Source: Sphaerodactylus townsendi (taxonomy: Eukaryota). From it: a stretch of DNA of 64,000 nucleotides. Under the pieces are notes generated by a model that saw only the letters and a program-made list of their open reading frames with translations, had not been told where the DNA came from and made no database searches. The translations under genes and the position numbers were made by a program. Positions within the stretch are counted from its first letter, which is position 1. Each line of letters starts with the position of its first letter. This document shows positions 52,509-64,000 of the stretch, piece by piece. The stretch lies in contig NC_059426.1 in the NCBI RefSeq assembly GCF_021028975.2, positions 54,498,001 through 54,562,000 on the forward strand. The letters run 5' to 3'.

Positions 52509-54366
52509 GGGGAAATAATACAATTATCCTCTCTGCCTTCTTTCCCCAGCAAGACTAATTAAAGCTGGAAGTGGCAAATTTTGAAAAATCATCTTGCAAG
52601 GATAACTTTAGAGCCTCACTCAACACTGTAATGCTCTTCTGAAATGCTGTTTTGAAAGAAGGGTTGCCTTTTCAAGGTCCAAAATGCATCCAGAGAGCTG
52701 ATGATGAACGTCCAATGTAGTACAGTTTGGAGTAAAGTCATGCATCGTGCTTAGACCTGAAATATTTGTTCTGGAAAGTTACCTATATCAAGAAAAGTAT
52801 GTAATGGGTAGGAAATGTTAGGTAGATTCTTCTAGAGTTTATTCCAATTCCAGTTATCTCCTCTTACCTATCCAGAAAGTCATTAGTATTTCAAGAATCA
52901 AAAGGTTATATAAATTCTGAGCTGCAATGTGTAATCTCGTATTACATCAAAGAGCAGATCCCCCCAGTGATATGCATTGGATTGCAAAATGTTATGTGCT
53001 GAAATCTAAAAGTTTGTGTGAATACTGGAATTTATCAAAGAGGCTCCAGCTATGTAGTTGTGTGCCTCAGTAAAGACAAAAAGTTCAAGCAGGTTCACAA
53101 AGGAAAATAACATAGTTGTATTCCATTAGCTAAAGCCGGGAAAGCACTAAAATTACCAGAGATGACTTTGCTGCACTTTTAAATTTATATTTTCAGCTTT
53201 GACTCATAGGGTAGATTTTTGGTTCAACTCCATTTTAAATTCCTTGTGTGACCTTGGGAAAGTCATTTGTTTTTTTCATCTTCATTTTTGGAGATGACCA
53301 TATGTGACATTTCACAAAGAGGCTTTATCTTTTAATGTCTTGGGGGGTCTCTTGATAAAAGCTGCTGAACACAGTGTTCTACACTAGCACTTTCCCAAAA
53401 AATGACTGCCTGGTCTTCTGAAAGGAAAGGCAAGGAGGATGAAGTATGTGAATGGCTGGGAAGATATTATTATGATTAATATTTTAAAATGTATAATTTC
53501 TCTTCAGTTGAAGCACTTCGTGGCTTCCCATAATCATATGAAACAGAATCTTTATTTATAAAGAGCCTTTTCATAAATGTTCAATGTGGTACAAATAAAT
53601 TATTTCATTAAAATCAGCAGCAACCCTAAATACTGTCAAACTGGCTCTATGGCCTGTAGGAGACTGAGAGAAGGAGGGTTCATGGTTCCCCTAGCTCTAG
53701 CCTAAGAAGCTTTCTTCCAATTTAATGGCACTGGGTAAAGGGGGGGGGGAGTGAGAGCGAGAGAGAGAGAGAGAGAGTTAACTGTTTTCCTTACACTGTA
53801 CTTGTTTCCAGTAAAAGATCTAAGTGTGACCATGCATTCTTTGGTGGGAAGCTAATTTAGTACATTTCTGCATTTGAAAAATGTCCAGATTCTCTTGTAG
53901 CATTTGGAATCTTATTTAAGTGCCACCTTCATCAAAACCATTACTCTCTGCACTGTTAACTAGGGTAAGAAGTGCATGCATAAATGGCATATATCTCTCA
54001 TCCCATACCTAAGAAGAAGAAAGTGCTGTTATTGTAATTCCCATTTGGGTAGGGTCATGACATCTTTTATACCCCACTTATCTGAACTGAAATCTTCCTT
54101 GCTGAGTGTGAAAGAGAGGCCACCTTCTCCCAAGTATTACTGCAGTTTCCAGGGGTGAACTCTATGGGATGTGTGTGAACACATATCCCTGCTGAGCTCC
54201 CTCCCTTCCCCAAACACCACTTTCTCCAGGCAATGCCCTAACTCTCCAGGAATTTCCCAAGCCAGAATTGGCAGCCATATCTTCAATAGAAGAAAAGCTG
54301 TATTCATTTGAGTACCAGTTGGTGAAGAGGCCATCCTACCATTCATTGTGCCTTATGGGATCTGCC

Positions 54367-54502
54367 CAATGGTGGGATTCAGCAGGTTCGCACCACTTCG
54401 GCAGAACCGGTTGTTAAAATGGTGCTTGTGAACAACCAGTTGTTAAATTATTTGAATCTTACCACCAGAACCGGTTGTTAAATTATTTGAATCCCACAAC
54501 TG
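54367..54502. mobile_element. hAT MITE
   Basis: TIR caatggtgggattc/gaatcccacaactg; perfect TSD gatctgcc. Confidence 0.88.
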
Positions 54503-55779
54503 GATCTGCCCCTAGTTATGGGATGGGACTGTGGTACACACACACTGCTTTCTAAGTAAATGCAGTTCACACCTTTTAAATCAAAAATGGATTTCTTGAG
54601 CTTTTCCTTATAAAAATAATCTAAATCCAGAAATGTGTGACTGTATATCAGGTAGAAATGAGGAATCATTTTTCATATTTAAAAAGGGAATGGAAATGTA
54701 ATAAAAATGTAAAGCCAGAGGGCCATGCCTCTATTTACAATCTGGTTTCTATGGCAGCATGAAATGTGGAGGATTTTTTAAATTTTATTTAAAGAAACTA
54801 TTGAATTTAAGAACAATCACTTATCCCATAAAATATTTTTTTTCTTTTTTGATGTTATGCCAGAAATGATAGAACATCAAGCATTTATACTGCAAAATAT
54901 CATGGCAAAATATAATTTCACTTTAAAGCACAAGGCATGTTGAAAAGCACAAGGCATTTTCCCCTGCTTTAGATTCTCAGCCCCTTTCTTTGTGTTATGC
55001 ATTTGTGGAATGAAGGAGGGCATCTGATTGTTGTCTTGTAAACAGCTGGAAGGCAGAACCTAATTTAATTAACAGTATTAAGCTAGGAGAAATGGAAAGA
55101 GCAGCAAAATTAGTCATGATTTGCCATCAACTCTTCCTTTAGATTTGCAGAAATGAGATTACATTTAGAATAAACAGCTGTGCAGCTGATCATCACGTTC
55201 AATGTTCAAAATTAGAAGCTTTTTAGAATCTCCTTGCTTGCATCTGACAACAGAATTTAGTAAGGACTACTGAGCGAACATGTACAAAGCTGCCATTGTG
55301 AGTATATTTCAGCTGAAGGAAGGAAGAGAAGCATAAGGCTGTGGCAGCCGGTGATCAGAATATACATATTAAGTCACAAGTGACTTGAGGAAATGCATTT
55401 AGTTAAGTGATCATATGTCCAGCCCTATCTTGGAGGTAGGCAACAACAGATTGTTAAAATAACAGAGGTGGGCATCAATTCCCACATACCTATCCCCATC
55501 TGCAGCCAACACAAAAAGTATTCAATGTTTTTGAAAATATGGTTAGGCTAACATGCTTGAGGCAATTTCATTTTCTGCACACAAAACTGCTGCCATAATG
55601 CCTAAAGCTCTGCTGGATCAGACCAAGTTTTATGTCCTCTGTCTCACAATGGCTAACTGAAAGCCCATATGAGCAGACTATCAGACAATTGCAGTCCCCC
55701 TTTGCTTGCTACCTAATCAATACTGGAGTTTTCTTTAGTTTCCCTAGGTGGGTTTCCACTGATGGAAATCTGCCAACAG

Positions 55780-55959
55780 CAGTGGCGTTAGTGCCCAAAG
55801 GTGGGGGGCATCTTGCACAGGGTGCGCACCGGGGCAGGGGTGTCATGAGGCACGGAGGGAGAATTCTGGGGGCATTCTGGGGCATGGCGGGCAGGGGCAT
55901 GGCAAGGGCACAGGGCACATATGTGCCTCAGGTGCAGTTCCCCCCCCCCCACGGCTCTG
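55780..55959. mobile_element. hAT MITE
   Basis: cagtggcg/cggctctg ends; perfect TSD gccaacag. Confidence 0.85.
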
Positions 55960-56084
55960 GCCAACAGACCCCTCATTCAAGAGAATGACTGTTCTGCTTG
56001 CCACTAGTCCTGGTCTTCAGTGGCAGGCTCTGCCAAAACCCCATTACAACAGTCAAGATGACAAGCAGAGCTGCCATAAGTCAG

Positions 56085-56564
56085 CAGGGGTATACTGCCC
56101 AGGGGGAAATATGGGGTCAAATGTACTTGGGCTGCAGCCATTTAGAGACATGGGGGGGCAGACAATTGCCCCCACACCGCTCCTCCTCCCCCCCTGGGTC
56201 CATGCATTGACTTCAAGGCCTGGTGCAAAAAAAAGTTGTTTGGTCATGGTAGGGGAGGGCAGCCACCCATACAGGTGGGGTGGGGCTCAGATTTTGCACC
56301 AGCCTGAGTTTATGTTACAAAGAATTGTACGTTCATTCTTCTAGAATCTTCCAATCCATTCAGCTGCAGGACATTCATTTGCCTTATTTCCCAGTAATTT
56401 AAATCAGTATTTATACTTAATATTGTTCACTTGAGTCTTTTAGATACAGAAATTGGCATTTTTTTCCAGGAATCAACAATAGTATTTATTCTCTCGCCTT
56501 CTCTCCCCCACCCCAATGAGATAAATATTGTGTTGGGCCTACATTTTCCCTAGATATGCCTCTG
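56085..56564. mobile_element. hAT MITE carrying a 220-bp captured genomic segment
   Basis: TIR caggggtata/tatgcctctg; TSD taagtcag/taagccag; insert 56318-56537 matches 42520-42749. Confidence 0.85.
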
Positions 56565-58080
56565 TAAGCCAGCAAATCCAAATTCCACCACCAGAGTGGT
56601 ATAATTTATTATACTGGCAAAGCTGACATTTGACATAGGATTAAGCCTAATTATTATAGTACAATTTGTATTCGCTGCACTGAATAATAGCCTGCATGTA
56701 AACAGCCATCTCTTCTGATTCTGTGAGATCTGCAGTAAAAGTATCTAGGACTCAAGAAACAGCTGAACAAGTCAAACAATAGGTCATATGTGTAAAAATG
56801 TGGGTTTTCTGAATAAGAGGAATCAAAAGTATCAGAGACACAAGTGGAAGGTCTTGCTGATGGGAATTAAGTGCTTACATGCTGTGTATCCCCTAAATGA
56901 GGGGAAAGGCATGTCTGGAGGGAAGCATAAAATACTAGTAATAAAGATACCAGAGGCAGGGGTGTGCATGGATTATCTGCTATGTTGTTTTTACTTCCTT
57001 GCTTCATGTCACATATATCTGGCATCTGATGATTATTCGTCCCACATGGCTTTTCTGCAAATGAGAAAAGAATGGTATTTTTAATACCATTGCCAGGTAA
57101 GTTTGACCTTTAAATATTAGCATTTAAATATTAATGGAATAGTTGAAGAAAATCAGATTGACAGGTGTAATACAAGTGAGACAAAATAGCACAGTAAAAT
57201 TATATGCTGCTTTGAAATTCCCATTAGTGATAATGAAATATGCACATATACCTCTACGTGTCGATCTGAAAATGTACTTGGGGAAAAAAATCCAGTCAGA
57301 ATAAATGAACAGGAAATAGACTTAGAAGTAATTATTCTTCTGTAACTTTTGGGGCACAGTTCTTTAAATTGCACACATACCTTGATGCACATAAGTGGAC
57401 CTGCTCTATAATTCTTTTAAAAATTGGCTTCTTGTCATATTCATTTCCTAAAATATCACATCTACAGAGCCCTTTTCATTTTGCTAATTTAGTCAGATCT
57501 CAATCTTTTACATAAGGTTGCTTTCCAGCCTACTGTCCTGTTTCCTCTTAATAAATGAGTATATCTGAAATGCATATGGATCTCAAGTGCTGTCGAGTTT
57601 ACTGCTGGTAAGGTTACATACCGGTACTATAGTTTTAGTGAAAACACCATAGTTACTGCCCAGTATACAAGTGCTAAAATCCCATGGAAATCAGTGGTAC
57701 ATAATGAAATATGAAGCTTGCATGCTAATTGTTCTCATTGGCTATTGAAGAAAAACAGGGTTTCTATACATTCTTTGATAAAGGAGTTTTTTTAAAAATA
57801 ATGTTCAAATTTCTCCAAAGGTGCCAGATCTCACAAACTAACTTTCACATTGAGCCAGCTACTTGCTCTGATGAACATTTTGAGGAACACCTAACTTGGA
57901 TTTGAGGCAGAGGCCAGCAACCTTATATAATTAAGAAATTATATTAAAATCCAGAGCGATCAATAAACAGCCAGCGTAAGTAAGCCTATGTGCATAACTG
58001 AGAATATACATCATAACAATACTGATAATTGGCATATAATCATCTGTAAAGTTTCTACAGCCCAAACACTGTTTTTTGCA

Positions 58081-58212
58081 AGTGGTATAGTGGTTAAGAG
58101 CAGCAGACTCTAATCTGGATAACAGGGTTTGTTTTTCTACTCCTTCACATGAAGTCTGTTGGGTGACCTTGGGCCAGTCACAGATTTCTCTGAACTCTCT
58201 CAGCCCCTGCAT
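58081..58212 (+). mobile_element. tRNA-head SINE 5' half
   Basis: gtggtatagtggttaagagcagcagactctaatctgg..gggtgaccttgggccagtcacag. Confidence 0.75.
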
Positions 58213-58656
58213 CTCCTCTCAGAATTATGGTACAGGGGCTGCTACTCCTGTCTCTTATCCAGGGCTGAGCAGATCTTTCTGTTTGCTATGGTGAGGTGGG
58301 GCAGACTGGAGGGCAGAGAGGGTGTTGATTATAAAGACAGAGAGCTGGAAGGAGAAGGATGAAAGCCTGAACAGAAGGTCACAATGTTGAAATACCAGGG
58401 TTGCACTTAAAAAGAATAAACAATGGGTGGTGCATTGCAGACTCAGCAGATGAAAGCACTGATGTAGGATAAAAGCAAACTTTTCCCAGCTAGGAAAACC
58501 ACAAGGAACACTTATGTTTGGAAATAACTTCTGAAACTGATGCAGCACAAGGTGTGTCAGAAACAGATGAAATACAGACCAAAATGTTTTCTTCAGCTGT
58601 TTTCCTCTATCATTTCCCTTTCTGTAAAGAATCTCTGTGGTGCCCTTTGTGCATGT

Positions 58657-58840
58657 AAGGTGCCATCAAGTAGCAACTGACTACGGTGACCCCATAGGGT
58701 TTTCAAGGCAAGAGACTGCTAGAGGTGGTTTGCCACTGCCTGCCTCTGCATAGTGGACCTGGAATTCCTTGGTGGTCTCCCATCCAAATACTAGCCAGGG
58801 CTGACCTTACTTAGGTTCTGAGATTTCAGACCAGGCTAGT
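58657..58840 (-). mobile_element. 5S-head SINE
   Basis: Reverse complement of ggtcagccctggctagtatttggatgggagaccacc plus cttgccttgaaaaccctatggggtcacc tail. Confidence 0.8.
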
Positions 58841-58968
58841 TTGGACCATCCAGGGCAAGGCACAAAGCCATGGGCAGCCCCATCCAAACCAGAGGTGGCC
58901 GGTCACAGCACTGATACAGTGCCGCCCCACCACTCCCATAGAGGCTTCCAAGCTGCTTGGGGAGGCTC

Positions 58969-59160
58969 CAGAGGTGGGATCCAACCAGTTCTCACCACTT
59001 CTCTAGAAGTGGTTACTATTTTTTTCTGAGTGCTGAGAAGGGGTTACTAAAGCAACCTCCCTGCCCAATAGGGACTGGAGGTGCGTGTGTGTGGCAGTGC
59101 CACTGTTTGAATCCCACCACCATTGGAACCTGTTATTAAAATTTTTGGATCCCACCACTG
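58969..59160 (-). mobile_element. hAT MITE, reverse-orientation family member of 1729-1920
   Basis: Perfect 8-bp TSD ggaggctc; TIRs intact. Confidence 0.9.
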
Positions 59161-59569
59161 GGAGGCTCCCAAAGCACAAAAGGCTCCCTGCCACCAAGAA
59201 GCCTCCATGTGACTCAAAAGACTTATACCACCCTTTTGGTGGCTGAAGTCTAACATGCGACCTGCCAGAGTAATGCTGGCAAAGGTTGGGAGGGAGCAAA
59301 CTGACATTGGCTCCTCCCCTGGCCATGCCCCTGGCCCATCCCCACTATGCCAGTCACATGGGAGGATCCCTGCGATGCTGGCATAGCATCCCATGGCGTC
59401 CCAGTGTGTGTGTGGTGGGGGGAAGGCACAGCAGCCACATGCTAGTGGAATTGCTCCTTTGCTGGGACAAGTGCCTCGGGAAGGGCAAATCCACCAGTGT
59501 GATTATGTACCACTCCCAGAAGCAGATCCCCCCCCCCTTGGATGGGACTCTTAATCCCATTCAAAAATT

Positions 59570-61200
59570 GCCCCAGGCAATTCTCACAAACTGTATTTGA
59601 GCATTCCACCCACTTCTTAACTTCAAGATCTTAATTCTTTTTAAAGAGTTATGTTTGGTTCTTCTTGGAGTCACATTTGGTTGTGGAACGGAAAGATGCA
59701 GTCCCCCTAGGTTTAAGGTATGCAAACCATATGAGCCATGCTGTATGCTCTGCGGATGTCTGTGACATGAAACCAAATTCGCCAAGGGATTTCAGCCAAC
59801 TGTAAATTCATGAACTCAAAAACTCCTAACTGAATCAGTGGAGAGAGCAGTTGCTCATCATTGCAACAGATTAGGTTGTCTAAGGATACTGTAATGAAAA
59901 ACTTCATAGACTGGTGTTATCATAACTCTGCTTGTCTAAGATAACTTTCTTCATCCTTTCATCTCTGTCTCCAACTTATTTTTCTTGACTCACATTATTC
60001 TTAGCTCAGGATATTTTTTAATAAGTTGTCAGCTCACCAACTGAAACGCTAGGATCTTTTGTATCTCCTGCCTCCTGCTGTGTTGTAACATATTTATTCT
60101 GTTGCCATTCAGAAGATATATGCTCTCCAGGGTTCACAGAAAACTCTGAACCTCACTTTATTTTGCGGGAGGGTAGTTGATTCATGTAATCTCTTGGGCC
60201 TTTCATGGGCATATTGGTTGCCTCCTTTTCATCTTCTTTCCTTTCTAGTTTGCAGTCATTAAGGTCTCAAACACACTGCATGAATCCTAAAGTTGACATC
60301 TGTTACAAAAAAAGTGAACTTTGTCAATGAATGATATAACTACTGCCCCGCATCCTTTCTCGTCACACATGCACAGATATGAAACATTGTACAATATTAG
60401 TGATAGCTTTAGCAGGCTTAGTCTTGTGTTAACATGCTGAATCACAGAACTTGGGTTCAAATGCTGACTCCTCTTAACTAACAAATTTCTGACTTTCTGC
60501 CTGGAATATGAGTGCCAGTTTCTGAAAAATTATGAATTTTTTTGTTGCATTAAATTTTCTTACAGAGTTGCTTCTGGTTTTTGTTTACAGAGAGAGTGAA
60601 ATTTCTGTCAGTACTGGTGACACATTGTGCAGACATGGGTCAGTATTTTTAGTTCATGGAGTCTCTGCAATGTCTCTTTTAAAGGATGATGGAATGCTTT
60701 GCTTTGAATTGGGTTGAAAGATGCTTGAACCTTCTTGTTAAGAAGAAGAAGGTTCTTTGAATTACTCTGGTTACCAGAATAAGTCCTTTTTTCTCTACCC
60801 TGGAAAAAACTGCTTTTAGTACTAAGGAAAAGCATCTATGCTGCTTTGTATGGACTTATTTTCTTCATTCAGTGAAGTTACTTTATTTGATATATCATTG
60901 CAAATATTGTCATGGTAACATCTATCTTCGGTGGTGGCCTGCCATTGGTTAGTGGCAAATTATTTGAGTTTGAGGTACATTCATGGACTGTTATCCTCCT
61001 AGACTTTCCCAGTATGTCAGATTATATCATATCCTGATCTATACTTCCTAGTGTTGTCCAGTGTTCCATCATTTGGACATGTACATGAACACCCATCCTA
61101 CTTTGCCTTCATTTTCCCCCCTTGTTTCTTCCTAATTTTCTGCTTCCAAAACTGATTTCATAATGAGTTTTCACATTAAGGCTGTCCAGGTTATTGATTA
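59570..61200 (-). pseudogene. Candidate large decayed low-complexity exon (K/E/S/N-rich)
   Basis: Repeat-free and purine-rich on the minus strand; one frame reads NDCKLERKEDEKEATNMPMKGPRDYMNQLPSRKIK*GSEFSVNPGEHISSEWQQNKYVTTQQEAGDTKDPSVSVGELTTY*... with scattered stops. Confidence 0.4.
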
Positions 61201-61309
61201 TTGGATCCTGCCTTACTCATGTATGCCCATGACAATACAACACTACATTTATCTTAAGGCAGTGGTTTTCCAACTTTCTAATTTGAAGGGTAGGACAGAA
61301 GGGGGCATG

Positions 61310-61445
61310 GTGTAGCCCAGTCTAGTCAGATCTCAGAAACTAAGCAGGGTCGATACTTGAAAGTAGACCACTAAGGAAGGCTCTGCTGGGAAGGCAGTGA
61401 CAAACCACCCCTATCCTCACTTGAAAGCCCCCTGCAGGGATTGCC
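61310..61445 (+). mobile_element. 5S-head SINE, degraded
   Basis: tctagtcagatctcagaaactaagcagggtcgatacttg..gaccac. Confidence 0.65.
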
Positions 61446-62083
61446 AGGAGATGCACTGTAACAGAGCTAATTCTCCCTTGTTTTAACAGTGTAGGGAAAG
61501 CTCATCATGGTGGGCAAATTGTTTTTCAAAGATATTTGTCTGCCATTACAGAACTTGTTATTGTGAAACCTTCTAATAAACTTCATTATTCTTTGGAACA
61601 ACATAGTTTCTTGGAAGTTCCTTAATTACAGAAAACACTAGTTAGTATTGAACATGGAGAATCATGAATAGGGCTAAGGTGGGTAATGTGGTCATAAGAC
61701 TTGCTTACCATGCTGAAGAAAAGCTTTCTCCGGTACAGCTTATATATTCTTATTTCTACTCAATGACACCACTCCTCCCCCACGCACACACAGAGAGACA
61801 CCTTCAAAAATTAGAAATAGATACATTTATTATAAAGTTTTTTAATACACTGGAAATAGAAAGGTTTATAAATAATGGAATTCTTTTCAAGTGAGCTGAA
61901 CTACATGAGTAATGAGCTTCCTTCTGACACAGTGTTGTTATTTAATTTCTAGCTAGCTTACTTTGTGTATCTGGTCTTACATATCTTTACTCAAGCCAGT
62001 TATCCTTTCAAATTCAGGAGAGTCACCCACCAGAACAAGCTTTACTGAATAAGTGAAAGCTTGAGTTGTATTCCCAGATCTAC

Positions 62084-62300
62084 CTCCAGATACTGGAGTT
62101 TGTTTTGGTACTGGTGGAGGGGTGGTTCTCATCTATTAAAAAACACTGCCATCTTCTGGCTTCTTCTTAAAATGGAACCGTTTCACACCAGAAAGGTGCT
62201 ACTCTGTTTAATAAATGTGTCTGATCATAAAGGTCAAGTTTGCTTTGAACTTTTACAGGAAAATGCCATTGGTAATAAAGGAGAGCATAGCTGAATGTTA
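62084..62300 (-). pseudogene. Candidate exon with one stop (TFSYALLYYQWHFPVKVQSKLDLY...PF*EEARRW...)
   Basis: cag acceptor, GAG|GTAGAT donor, single in-frame TAA. Confidence 0.4.
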
Positions 62301-62814
62301 CTGAGGCAGATTTATTATTATTGCACTACACAGGTTAAGTTTAAGAGAAAAACATTACAGTCACAGTTCAAACAAATGACAGGCATTCTTAGGAGATGTT
62401 CTCACAGAAGATGATTAATCCAACATACAGTAAAAGATTAATTTATCAGAAAGCTTATAAATATAACAGGTACAATCTCAGAAACCCAAAGGATAATGCT
62501 CAGAGTGGAGAAACCTTATGGACAACATGACAAAAGGCTGTGCTTGGGGGTGTCATCCTCCCCTCACCTTACAGCACAGCTTCCCCCACGCCCCATAAAA
62601 TTTTGTCAGTGTCTACACCAAATCCCAATATTTGTCACAAGGAGTTGTTAAGGAAGGGAAGAGGCAGTAAAGATTGCCTCCGCAAATACCTTCAGAATGT
62701 TTTACCAATCAGAAATAGTGGGAATGTTTGAATGTAAACAGAATTGGAAAGGTGCTGGCCAAAATGAAGAAGCAACTGTGTGTGGCATGGGTGGGGTGTG
62801 TTTGGGAATCTGAT

Positions 62815-63281
62815 ACAAACTGGCATGTTTTCTGCCTGATGTAAGGGTGTCCTGGCATCCAATATGCTGTACCTATGCCTTTGTAAATAAAACAAATATT
62901 ATAAAGGCACCATAAGTCTCCAGTACTCTTCAGTACTCTTTCATTCAAAGGAAACTAAACTTTGCAGTTCTGCCATGGAACATCTTATTGAACAGTCCTT
63001 TTCAGATCTTATGTCCATGCAAAGCATGAGGCCAATGACCATACATATCAGGAGTGTGAGCTGCCTTCAATCCTCCTGAGACACAAAGTGATCATGTTGT
63101 CTGTATTGTGATTGAGGACTGCAGGATAGCTTGATTAATACTCAAGAGGCACTGGTGGCCAGATAGGTCACTCTCTTTCCTGAAAACAAAGCTATAAACA
63201 TCTTGGATTTCAGGCTGAGAGAAGATGGATACTTTTTATGGAGACAAATGAGCAGCATAGAGATAATTATTTGCCCACTTA
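62815..63281 (-). pseudogene. Candidate degraded exon (KWANNYLY...KGLFNKMFHGRTAKFSFL*MKRVLK)
   Basis: ctttttcctag acceptor; F.k...G......lW(*)m pattern typical of RGS22-type repeats; 3' boundary approximate. Confidence 0.35.
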
Positions 63282-63536
63282 CTAGGAAAAAGCACGATAG
63301 AGTGTTCTGGATTTTCTGAGTAAGGGTTATAAAATTTGATGGGATGTGCTTTAGTGTGATTTTTTTAAAGATGCAGAGTGACACACATGAGAAAACTCCA
63401 GTTCCAGGGTAGGTCAGGGAAAAACCTCCCAGTTGGGAGAGAAAGAGTTACAAGGAGTTAGACACTTTGTGAAAGCCCACAAGCCAGGAGTCAGAGAAAT
63501 GGAGTAAAGTCCTCCTTGAGCACCCTCTGTTTCAAA

Positions 63537-64000
63537 GGCCGTTTCCGCACAGCCAAAAAACAGCACCCCAGGGATGGGAAAAAAAGGTCCCCGGGGTGCT
63601 GTCCTGGCTCCCCCCAAGTGGCGCAAAGGCTCCATTTTTAAAAGTGGGATCTTCAAGCCAGCACAGTGCAAACCGCATCGGCAGGAAGACACCGCTTTCC
63701 CCCTCCCCTCCCCTCCCCTCCCCTCTTCTTCCAGTGTCACTCTGGAAGGCTGGAGGGACATACCCATGCTGCCCTCCGACCCCTGGAAGTGGGAGGGTAG
63801 TGTGGGCGTGTCCCTCCAGCCCTCCACAGTGTACACTGAAAGGAGAGGTGAGTGGAGGGGACCAAAGGAGAGGCAGCTCCATGTGGAGCTGCCTCTACCG
63901 CTGGGGAGAAAGTTGGGGCTGCTCGCATGCTACCATGCAAGCAATCCCCGAGCCTCCACCGGCATAATTTATGCCCGTGGAGGTTCATTTCTGCTGCTGT
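63537..64000. mobile_element. GC-rich Harbinger-type MITE, runs off the window
   Basis: ggccgtttccgcac terminus like the one at 5765. Confidence 0.65.

Larger units (their letters stand above)
168..63281 (-). pseudogene. Putative unprocessed pseudogene of a multi-RGS-domain protein (RGS22/RGSL1-like); 5' end probably lies beyond the window
   Basis: More than 15 same-strand exon-like segments, most with AG/GT boundaries. Translations show recurring RGS-like motifs (ALNDLFSDVRELK/LEYLHQ; RLSFWVELRK..LESSADNVWQK; ELRAHSLITK; DISVRNEIV..NFYVIQYLLIVLE; FFDLKGQHI; LLLFEPVN). Several contain stops or frameshifts. Family call is by eye, not by search. Confidence 0.55.

Noticed and set aside
58740-58840. 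5S rRNA gene
   Set aside because: Partial, diverged and fused to a LINE-like tail, so it is a SINE

Overview
Vertebrate genomic DNA: AT-rich, CpG-depleted and intron-scale. The repeat content (CR1 LINEs, tRNA-head and 5S-head SINEs, a Penelope-like element, many hAT and Harbinger MITEs) points to a squamate, probably a gecko. No prokaryotic features and no intact long ORF are present. Most of the ORF track is noise from repeats or antisense frames. The main hidden signal is a series of minus-strand exon-like segments, most bounded by AG...GT, spread from about 63.3 kb to about 0.2 kb. Their translations repeatedly resemble RGS-domain helices (L..lL.D...l..F.eyL, LxFWxE, A..I..kY, F...Q..l..lE), as in multi-RGS proteins of the RGS22/RGSL1 type. 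Several carry frameshifts or in-frame stops, so the locus is best read as an unprocessed, decaying pseudogene. This assignment comes from by-eye motif recognition and needs an HMM/tBLASTn check. Other notable items: a Penelope-like insertion with two inverted minimal hammerhead-ribozyme motifs; a hAT MITE containing a near-exact 220-bp copy of sequence 13.8 kb away; a 103-bp foldback around a (TG)n tract; a modular hAT family; and nested insertions with clear TSDs.
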